A stretch of DNA of 64,000 bases, from NCBI GenBank assembly GCA_013166775.1, contig JABLTJ010000002.1:64001-128000 (forward strand), in the 5' to 3' direction. Positions 48,301 to 56,097 of the stretch are shown here, piece by piece; the stretch's first letter is position 1; every line of letters starts with the position of its first letter. The notes under the pieces were generated by a model, which saw nothing but the letters and a program-made list of their open reading frames with translations, searched no databases and was not told where the DNA came from. Both the position numbers and the translations under genes were made by a program. The DNA is from Promethearchaeati archaeon. GTDB taxonomy: Archaea; Asgardarchaeota; Heimdallarchaeia; Heimdallarchaeales; Heimdallarchaeaceae.

Positions 48301-50133
48301 ATCCCAAATATAAGAAACTGTACCATTACTTTTTTGGATAGTTACCTTAACAGTTTCTCCTCCTTGATAGTATGAATTATTTGTCAATTCTTGTAGCTCG
48401 ACAAGAAATACATTACTATCTGCATAAAAGTAGAAAACCGTACTATTAACTTGGTTTAAAATATCAGAAGCATATACATACAAATAATGATTACCATCAG
48501 TGATTGGTATATTGGTTCTGTATATATTTCCAAATTCAGGATTCCATGTAGAATTTGAATGAGAATCCCAGTGATATTTAACATTTTTAATACCTGAAGA
48601 ATCAGAAATCTCAACATCAATTGTTTTTAATGGAGCATAAGTTGATCCATTAACAACGTTATCAAGTAGAATAGATGGTATATCGGAATCAAATGTAAAA
48701 TAATAGATGTAAATATCACTAGAATAGAAATCCGTAGTTCTTATCGTCAAGTTGTGTTCTAATTCAAACACTGGGGCTAGTATATCATAAGGAGATAATA
48801 GAGGGATCTGTGTTTCGCTACTATCCCACTCGTATGTAACAGTATCCACAGCATAAGCTGAAAAATTTAGATAAGTTCCAGCTTCAACCGTTGATCCATT
48901 TGAATATGGTTCATGTAGTTCTAAGTTTATAATTGAAGCATCATAACCGAATTGATAATAAGCTGTTCGTGTATTATTATACACTGGATCACTGGCAACA
49001 ATTTCTAAATCATGCCAACCAGCAGTTGTTGGAAGTGTAATTAGTGTTGAATTATCAAAAACATTCCAAATTCCACTATCCCACCTGTACTTACTTATTG
49101 AACCATCAGTGACATCAATAGTCATTTCTTGAGCATTCTGGTATACAGTGTTATTCATAGCATTATATAAATCGATATCCGGAGTATTGTTTTCATGCAT
49201 ATAAAGTTGAACACCAAGAATTCCATCTACATTATATATAGTGTAACTATTGGAATGAATACCATCATTAATGTTCCAATCCATGTTTGTTCCTGAGATC
49301 CCTGAATCAGAATATTGTCCATCTTGTATTATGTTCAAAGTACAATGACCTTGTGTTGCTCCTACATCACTATATGCATACTCATATGTTAATTTGAATC
49401 TATCACCTGCGGGAACAGTATACGATGTTAGCGTGCTATTTGTTTCTAACCATTCCCAATACTCTGTATCGGTTGGAGTATTAATCTTCGGTAATAGATA
49501 TGCAACTGAAGTTATTTCTGTAGAAATATTCGTACTAGAATGATAGTGCCAGAGAATGATTTTTAATGTTATATCTATTGAGTTAAAATATGAATCATAG
49601 GGATCGTCGTTTAAATCTCTGTGCATATTAAAGATATAATGAACTTTATCTTCTATAGTTGTGTCATAATCTAAAACTGGACTGTACATAATTGATTTTA
49701 AACCTGAAGCCCAATAATCAACTCCAAAATAATAAGCATCATTTTCAGAAGGTACTGGAGCATAGGTTATATCTCCAACTCCAAATCTTTTAGTATTTAT
49801 ATCCCAAGCATCATGCCCAAGAATACTATCATAAGCTGTCCACTGATAACCTGATCCATTTGCATCCAGTTGAGAAGTGAATGTCTTATAGCTGAAGAAA
49901 GATTGTGTTTTAAAATCTCCTTCAATTACCTCTTGACGAATTTTATTCTTTGCTCCTTCTTCAATAGAATTATCATTTCTATTATCTATTTTTTCTAGAT
50001 TAGTATCTGAGGAATAATCTAGAAAATCACTCATTTGCTGCTCTTCTGGCATTGAAAGTTGATAAAACACTAATGAATTAATAAACACGAATATTAGCAT
50101 AAATGATAATGCTCTACTAGTATACAACTCCAT
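45376..50133 (-). CDS. giant single-pass surface protein, tandem paralog of 40579..45354
   Basis: Same architecture; cytoplasmic IFDQKKGP...HGIQLPNEAARGG. Confidence 0.85.
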   Translation of the reverse strand: MELYTSRALSFMLIFVFINSLVFYQLSMPEEQQMSDFLDYSSDTNLEKIDNRNDNSIEEGAKNKIRQEVIEGDFKTQSFFSYKTFTSQLDANGSGYQWTAYDSILGHDAWDINTKRFGVGDITYAPVPSENDAYYFGVDYWASGLKSIMYSPVLDYDTTIEDKVHYIFNMHRDLNDDPYDSYFNSIDITLKIILWHYHSSTNISTEITSVAYLLPKINTPTDTEYWEWLETNSTLTSYTVPAGDRFKLTYEYAYSDVGATQGHCTLNIIQDGQYSDSGISGTNMDWNINDGIHSNSYTIYNVDGILGVQLYMHENNTPDIDLYNAMNNTVYQNAQEMTIDVTDGSISKYRWDSGIWNVFDNSTLITLPTTAGWHDLEIVASDPVYNNTRTAYYQFGYDASIINLELHEPYSNGSTVEAGTYLNFSAYAVDTVTYEWDSSETQIPLLSPYDILAPVFELEHNLTIRTTDFYSSDIYIYYFTFDSDIPSILLDNVVNGSTYAPLKTIDVEISDSSGIKNVKYHWDSHSNSTWNPEFGNIYRTNIPITDGNHYLYVYASDILNQVNSTVFYFYADSNVFLVELQELTNNSYYQGGETVKVTIQKSNGTVSYIWDSGIEEEGSIFSSTLTLEGSEGIPLTAGSHNLTIITYDSSDVQYILYFILIVDLEAPVIDSDISIYNNSRFLTDQIFIFNITDNYVSGSDLTVLYSIDGKANRLLNEPYQYALIYLEDGTHYLNIKVIDIAGNIDEKFLVFVVDTTKPIIIVSIPDLVDFVTIDGNKYVPFNAEVIVTIVDDDPLVTTEYAWGDPPYIDFSYHFYLAYSDENSILHIRAIDSLGNARSIQFNLIIDGTIPSITLLNYENVTTKINYETLLEFEIEDYSDLTIDEVSYSWDKLTGFWFTSPINDLSISVLPVYQHDTTAKFSVYIEDIVGNNFTYTFLFLIDIEAPIVDLAIFNPAKDKWVDASGVYYVKSGIQIVYNASVNDDLVSFEYYWDGYSENIQILNESESWTLETPLIDGFHNLTVILTDDSVGLFPNQVTQTFYFFVDNIVLNFSKSNDFIETLYAYENSTNLIYGNNVSFVLNITDATYGLEILGLQYKIIKDMKLNLSVEIIKLDNITYEILIIATNVTKGLLTEIEIQFYKFEESKQLIRIYLDIEKKEGSLSIDSRSIQEVTYEENITIVMKLENNVGENERIIMIIIDGDTHIFNFTELPDRFYQFNISSVMFQGKGNYSLVIYVESNFFIGESIIDIEINPLETMLTIEVSEHEIIEEAQLIITGQLTLLNGTPISLAEIEITIYIKLKENGKRVYAFDTANYDDLEVFTVTTDFEGYFQKAFSMSADIDYVDIEVSYSGDDYYGIINSALEAPVFTTPPPGLPSWLLYIIIGGSLALALIISIIVYKVTRRKPFQKFLEEITDEEVEENYSIISPGAVLSIFDQKKGPVPLVMDHSLKFEKYSIRLRMGIENFLLKISDQAYSSLGFEEHDVGRRVGSIVLPGEKMIGWVHGIQLPNEAARGGFENLSLIVLADTDFGTYLLNYQEYIYDEADLLNSALKSKKELTEINEILIKIRKKSVQIMLAAQKMEN

Positions 50134-50309
50134 TTAGACCATCAAATCTTTCTAGTTTTAATCTTATACTTTGAAGCTTACAGTTGAAGAAACTTCCAAT
50201 TGATTTCTAATAAAGTTTCTTTCACATGCAATATTACCACTTATTATAAATAATGCATTAGTTTTAAGCTTCTCTTCTACTATTTGTGTAATATGAATAT
50301 AATCGTGAT

Positions 50310-51086
50310 TTAGATAAATGAATCTTCATTTTCTTGATTGATTATTTTTTGCTCAATCTTAGCAACTTGATCTCTGCTGTTAATATAATCAATAAGCTCA
50401 AACGAATGAAAGAAAGAATTCAAAACGGTATCTTGAAGGTTATCTAATCCTTCTCTTGTAGTGTTTGAAATCTTAACTGAATGAATTCTATCTGAACCTA
50501 TTTTAATCCCTATTCTATCTTCAATACTTTTGAGAAGATATCTTTTACCTTCTTCAATCATACTATCATTTGTAGTAACAAATAATCCGTGATCTAAATG
50601 AGTTCCAAGAAGAATAATGCTAGTAAGATCTGAAATTAGTTCATGTTCGATAGCTCTATTTAACCAATATTCTAAATTCTGAAAAGATTTGACATCTGCT
50701 AAATTATATGTCATAATAAGAATAACCACATCATTAATGCTTCTCACATTACGATACATATCTACAGCATCCTCAAATGCTAATCCTTCCCCTATTTCAG
50801 ATCTACCCTTTTGTCCAGGCAGAATAAACAATTGAGAGCTAATCGTAACTTTATATTTCTCAATGTTTGAATACAATATGAAGTAATCAAATTCCAGATT
50901 AACTGATTTGGATAGGTTCGTACAATCAGTTGTGTCGTAAAAATGCCCCTTCTTGTATTGAGCTAAATTCAAGGCAGTATGAGTTTTACCTGTATGACCA
51001 TCACCAATGAAGACTACTCCTCCTGTGCAAGTGATATCTGTTTCTCTACAGATTAAGAGTCTATTCTTTGGTGAATCAAACCTCAT
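50310..51086 (-). CDS. atypical Ras-superfamily small GTPase
   Basis: G1 GDGHTGKT, G3-like FILPGQ, Y.L.D.KSFQNLEYWL (Rab-like), G4-like GTHLD, G5 ISN...EG. Confidence 0.75.
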   Translation of the reverse strand: MRFDSPKNRLLICRETDITCTGGVVFIGDGHTGKTHTALNLAQYKKGHFYDTTDCTNLSKSVNLEFDYFILYSNIEKYKVTISSQLFILPGQKGRSEIGEGLAFEDAVDMYRNVRSINDVVILIMTYNLADVKSFQNLEYWLNRAIEHELISDLTSIILLGTHLDHGLFVTTNDSMIEEGKRYLLKSIEDRIGIKIGSDRIHSVKISNTTREGLDNLQDTVLNSFFHSFELIDYINSRDQVAKIEQKIINQENEDSFI

Positions 51087-51190
51087 AAACGATGCCTGCC
51101 TTAGATGGTTATGTATTAAAGCTATATTAGTGAAAATAAATTATAAAACTATCTTTAGTGCAACTCGTAAAGAATAGCAATTCGTGATGA

Positions 51191-54160
51191 TTAGTAGTAT
51201 GTTTCTTTCTTCCTTATGAACATCTTATAAACTTCTAGGGTAACCAAAGGTAGAGCTATAGCTACTAATAATATGATCCAGTCTACTACTCCTAATGCTA
51301 CAAATTCTACCCTAAAACCTAACAGATTATTCGCAAGGTTTTGTAGAGGAACAACGTAGATTAATAGAATATGAATAAGAGGAACTATCATTACTAGAAT
51401 AAATACTAACCATTTCCAATCTTCCTTGAAGGATTTGAAAACTGATTTATTCAACCTACGAAGACTAAAGACTACTAGACTTTCTGAAATAACCAATATT
51501 GTTACAAGCATCGTTCGTGCCTTTGCATGTGACCAGTTAATTGGAGAGGAAGCAGTTGCATTAATATCACCTAATAGAATCAAATCAATTCCTGATTGAT
51601 TGAACTCTGTTATAGGTATAATACCACGATATGTTAAGAAGTAAACCAGAAAACCAGCAAAGGCTAAAACTAAAGCTAGTATAACAAGAGCCCAAACATA
51701 TCTTTTATTGAATATTTCTTCATCATCTCTTGGGGGATATTCCATTATTTCCTTAGAAATACTATCGAAGATGAATGCTAAGGGGGGTATAAGATGAGCT
51801 GAAGAGAAAATATACACTCTCTGGAAATCATTCACGAAATGAAATCCTGGAATAAATGAAGTTGAGAAGTAGAGAATTGCTTCAGCAATATTAAGTGTAA
51901 TGTAGAAGAAGATCATAACCCTTATCCTGTCAAATAAACCTCGACCTTCTCTTATCCCTAGAACAGTGCTTGTAAAACTATCATCTGAGATGATGACATC
52001 AGAAGCTTGTTTAGCTACTTCAGTTCCTTCAATCCCCATGCATATTCCTACATCTGCATTAGTTAATGCAAGTGAATCATTTACTCCATCTCCGCACATT
52101 GCTATTATTTTGTTTATTTTTTGATATCTTTCTACAATTACTTGTTTATGTTGAGGTGATACACGAGCGAAAATTCTTGTATTGTAAAAATCAGTTTCTG
52201 TTAGATCTTTTATCTTATTTCCTTCTACTACTAGTTCTTCCCCTTGAATTAACCCAACTTCTTTTGCTATAGCTTTTCCAGTAAGTGGACTATCTCCTGT
52301 TATCATAATGGTTGTTACTCCTGCCCTCACACAGTCTTCTACAGCGCTTTTTACTCCGTATCTTGGTGGATCTAGCATACATACAAAACCATTGTAAATC
52401 ATTTCCTTTTCTGTTTCATCTCTATCATGGTCAAGCAACACATCTCTTGACATTGGTCGAACAGCTAAAGAAATAACTCTATATCCTTGTGATGCAAAAT
52501 CACTGACATACTTGTTGATTAAATTGATATCGTTTTCTTCTAGAGGTTTGTGATCAAAAGGACTCCCAATATGCGAACATAGAGGTAGAACTGTTTCTGT
52601 TGCCCCTTTACAGAACATGGAAAAACCTCTCTCATCTTGGAATGTTCTACTCATTCTCTTAAGAGTGGAATCAAAGTTGAATTCCATTACATATCCATAA
52701 TTTTCTCTTATCTCCTTCTCATTCAAACCTGATTTGTTGAACAGTGCAAGAAAGGCTCCATCTGTTGGATCTCCTGTAGTTTTCCATGAAATCTGATGAT
52801 GAGGTTCAAACACTTCTTCAACTATTAGATGAGCATTATTGTTCAACATTCCTCCAACTAGTAAAAACTCTAAAATTGAATCTTTCGCGAAGGGTTTTAT
52901 GTTATCAGGAATCATCATATCTTCAGGTATTTCAGTTGTATCTTTACCTATAGGAAAAATTGCACCTTGATCACTAAAACCTACACCTGATACGCCATAA
53001 AAATACTCAGTATCCCACACCTTTTGTATTGTCATCTGATTAGTGGTGATTGTTCCTGTTTTATCAGAACACAAAATTGAGCACCTCCCTAGAGTTTCAA
53101 CAGCTGATAGATTTCTGATAATGACTCTATCTTTTGCCATTGATAAGACTCCAGTTAGCAGAATTAAAGTTGTCAAGAGAGGGATACTGATTGGCATGAT
53201 AGCCATTGATGTTGTGATGGAATTAATTGCATCATCTATATAAAGCATATCTGTTCGGTTGTTAACAGCAAAATGGATTATAGCCTTATAAGTTAAAGAA
53301 ACAACTAAAAATACAACTACAGCAAAACCCAGCCATTTTGCTAGTCGATTCACTTTTGTTCGAATTGGTATTTCGTTGCTTCCTATTTCTTGTAGCTCTG
53401 TTGATAATCTGCCGATTTCTGTATAGAGACCTGTATTAACTACAATTGCATTTGCTCTTCCTGCTTCAATAAAAGTACCAGTATAGAGCATATTTACTCT
53501 CTGTGAGATTGGAGTATCTTCATCTATAGTTTTTGTAGGTTCATTTGACTTTTCAACTGCTACTGATTCTCCAGTTAGGGCTGATTCATTGACCAGACAA
53601 TTACTTGAATAGATAATTCGAGAATCAGATGGAACTCTATCTCCTTGATCGAGTTCGATTAAATCTCCTGGGACTAATACTGCTGCACCTAGAGTTTCAG
53701 GTACTCCATCTCTAATAACAGTTGAAGTTGGTGCTGAAAGCTTATGAAGAGCATCTAATTTGAATTGAGCCCTTATTTGTTGGAATATCGTAAAAACAAT
53801 ATTTACGCCTATAATGGCCATCCAGAAACCTATTTGGCTCCACACATCAGAAGAAGGGATTTTCATAACAAAAGTTTTAATCAAACCTAAAATCACCATC
53901 AGTATTGAGACGATTAAATAGATATTAATCAGCCAATTCAGCAATGGAGCTATGTAAACATCCCAGACTGAACCTTTGATTTTAGGAAGAACGTTTTCTC
54001 CGTAGTTTACTAATCTACTATCAGCTTCTTCTTTTTTCAAGCCAAACCTGACATCAGTGTCCAATTCATCACAAATCTCGTCTATTGTTCTATTATGAGG
54101 GCAGAGATTTTTTTGTGTGATCTTCTCTTCAGATTTGGTTTCTCTTTTCATTCTTGTCAA
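51191..54160 (-). CDS. P-type ATPase (P2A-like scaffold) with non-canonical ion-binding residues
   Basis: LTGES, CSDKTGT, KGA.E, DPPR, MITGD, GDGVND; about 10 TM; M4 reads MPISIP. Confidence 0.93.
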   Translation of the reverse strand: MTRMKRETKSEEKITQKNLCPHNRTIDEICDELDTDVRFGLKKEEADSRLVNYGENVLPKIKGSVWDVYIAPLLNWLINIYLIVSILMVILGLIKTFVMKIPSSDVWSQIGFWMAIIGVNIVFTIFQQIRAQFKLDALHKLSAPTSTVIRDGVPETLGAAVLVPGDLIELDQGDRVPSDSRIIYSSNCLVNESALTGESVAVEKSNEPTKTIDEDTPISQRVNMLYTGTFIEAGRANAIVVNTGLYTEIGRLSTELQEIGSNEIPIRTKVNRLAKWLGFAVVVFLVVSLTYKAIIHFAVNNRTDMLYIDDAINSITTSMAIMPISIPLLTTLILLTGVLSMAKDRVIIRNLSAVETLGRCSILCSDKTGTITTNQMTIQKVWDTEYFYGVSGVGFSDQGAIFPIGKDTTEIPEDMMIPDNIKPFAKDSILEFLLVGGMLNNNAHLIVEEVFEPHHQISWKTTGDPTDGAFLALFNKSGLNEKEIRENYGYVMEFNFDSTLKRMSRTFQDERGFSMFCKGATETVLPLCSHIGSPFDHKPLEENDINLINKYVSDFASQGYRVISLAVRPMSRDVLLDHDRDETEKEMIYNGFVCMLDPPRYGVKSAVEDCVRAGVTTIMITGDSPLTGKAIAKEVGLIQGEELVVEGNKIKDLTETDFYNTRIFARVSPQHKQVIVERYQKINKIIAMCGDGVNDSLALTNADVGICMGIEGTEVAKQASDVIISDDSFTSTVLGIREGRGLFDRIRVMIFFYITLNIAEAILYFSTSFIPGFHFVNDFQRVYIFSSAHLIPPLAFIFDSISKEIMEYPPRDDEEIFNKRYVWALVILALVLAFAGFLVYFLTYRGIIPITEFNQSGIDLILLGDINATASSPINWSHAKARTMLVTILVISESLVVFSLRRLNKSVFKSFKEDWKWLVFILVMIVPLIHILLIYVVPLQNLANNLLGFRVEFVALGVVDWIILLVAIALPLVTLEVYKMFIRKKETYY

Positions 54161-54346
54161 CCAGTCTCTTAATTACAGATTGTATAAATTTTTCTAATAT
54201 AAAATTTTAACTCAAGAAGGATATGCAATTGTACAATATTATTAATTCTAGTTATGAAAACCTAAAAGATACAAGAAGAAAGTTTAATAAAATAAGAGAA
54301 AAAGGTATCTTACGAAAGAAGTTACAAATATCAACAAGTGAGTACG

Positions 54347-55132
54347 ATGAGTCAACAACCCACAGGTCCTCCCGCTGGTCCTCCACGAGGTCCAATGTTT
54401 ATGAGAGACGAATATCAGAACTTAATTGATGAATTTACTAAAGATATAAAAACAGAGTTGAAAAATGAAGTACTAAGCTTACTCTTAGTAGGTAGTGTTG
54501 TTACACAAGAGCATATTGCAGGAGAATCAGATTGTGATTTTATTATTATTCTTAAAGATAAGGCATCTGGAGAAAAACTACAAGAATCAATGGAAAAAAT
54601 AAGCAAAATAGTATTCAAATATCTTGAAGATCCTTTGTACAGCTCCATTTTAGATGTTGAAGTTCTTGGAGATGATGAAATACCAAAGCAGGGAGAGGGT
54701 TCTGAATATCCATGGACTAAAATATTGGTTGCTCAAAGAGGAAAGGCACTAATTGGAGATAATCCTTTTGCTAAACTTAAGGTAGATGAAGGTCAGATAA
54801 AAGAAGCAGCAAAAGAGATGGCAAGAGTTTTTCTAGAACAAATGGAAGAAATTCCTACACTTGAAGAAGTAGATGATTATGATAAACTATATCTTACTGT
54901 CGAAGCAGTATTAGGCTGTGGGTGTGCTTTTCTCTACTATAATGGAGAAAAAGAGTTCTATAGAAGCTCAGCAATTATCTTGTTCGAAGATAAGTATCAA
55001 GATAAAATTAACATTGAACCTCTCCAAACAAGTCACAGATTAAGACTTGCTGCTAAATCTATTGAAACAAAAAATTTCATCCCTAACTCATTAGCTTTCT
55101 GTAAAGAAGTTAATAAAATACTTAATGCATAA
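54347..55132 (+). CDS. Pol-beta-type nucleotidyltransferase domain + helical C-terminal domain
   Basis: LVGSV.....GESDCDFIII motif; ATG 54347. Confidence 0.75.
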   Translation: MSQQPTGPPAGPPRGPMFMRDEYQNLIDEFTKDIKTELKNEVLSLLLVGSVVTQEHIAGESDCDFIIILKDKASGEKLQESMEKISKIVFKYLEDPLYSSILDVEVLGDDEIPKQGEGSEYPWTKILVAQRGKALIGDNPFAKLKVDEGQIKEAAKEMARVFLEQMEEIPTLEEVDDYDKLYLTVEAVLGCGCAFLYYNGEKEFYRSSAIILFEDKYQDKINIEPLQTSHRLRLAAKSIETKNFIPNSLAFCKEVNKILNA

Positions 55133-55145
55133 ACGAGGTTATTGA

Positions 55146-55802
55146 ATGTCATTAAAAACTAGTATTGATATTCTGGTTCAGAATATCGAGAGATCTTTAA
55201 TTTTAATGCTTGGTGAATCAGGTACTGCTAAAGAAGAAATAGCTTTTCGTTTCCTTGAAGATGGTTTAGCAAAAAAAGAGACAGTACTAGTGGTGCTATT
55301 TTCGCATTCTTCTTTTGATTATTTAGAGGAATTGAAAAAACGAGAGATTGCTGTTGATAAATATCTCAAAGATGGAACACTGAATTTCATTGATGCTATT
55401 TCTTTTAGATCTATTCCTAAAGAAAAACCACCGAATACAATTATATTAGAAAATGCAAGTGATTTACTTGCTCTTTCAATAAACCTGAATGACATTTCTC
55501 TGAAAACTACTAAGTTACGAATTATCTTTGATCAGCTATCGCTCATCGCATTATATAATTCTGCAATGCAAGTAGTTAATTTCTTACAATCTTTAGCTGC
55601 TAGAGTAAGACAAAGGAACCAAAGTGCTCTAATGCTACTAGACACAGGAGTAATCGATGATCAAACTGAAAAAACACTTCATACAATTGTTGATATGGTA
55701 GTAGAAACAAAGAGAACAGAAGAACCTTCTGGGGTTCAGCAACTTGTCAGAATCAAATTTGCAAAACATAAATATGAACCCAGATGGGTGCAAGTAGTAT
55801 AA
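55146..55802 (+). CDS. single-domain RAD55/KaiC-like protein with degenerate Walker A
   Basis: GESGTAKE, FIDA.S, RIIFDQLS, IVDMVVE. Confidence 0.8.
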   Translation: MSLKTSIDILVQNIERSLILMLGESGTAKEEIAFRFLEDGLAKKETVLVVLFSHSSFDYLEELKKREIAVDKYLKDGTLNFIDAISFRSIPKEKPPNTIILENASDLLALSINLNDISLKTTKLRIIFDQLSLIALYNSAMQVVNFLQSLAARVRQRNQSALMLLDTGVIDDQTEKTLHTIVDMVVETKRTEEPSGVQQLVRIKFAKHKYEPRWVQVV

Positions 55803-56097
55803 CAAAAATAAGAGGGAGAAAAACATTCATTCATCACATAAATGAGATTCAAGAAAAAACTAGAACCTAATTTCTTCCCCATGAAGAATTATTAATAGAA
55901 TCTAAATTTTTCATGAGGAAAATCAAAATTCTTGAAGTTCTATTCAAGAGACATGAAATAGTTTCAGAAAATATATTTATTGTAAAAAATACTAATTCAG
56001 AATAATTTACTCGAACATCTCTGCTATAGGAAAATTTATTTTCTTAGTAGCGAAAGTTTTTTTATTCAGATTGAGTATACTATGTATTTGGAGTATT

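Noticed and set aside
54347-55132. MNT-HEPN toxin-antitoxin
   Set aside because: No Rx4H motif in the C-terminal domain and no adjacent HEPN gene.
55803-56070. Imperfect inverted repeat (ttccccatgaa/ttcatgaggaa) as MITE or ncRNA
   Set aside because: Short, in an AT-rich context, single copy, no target-site duplication seen.
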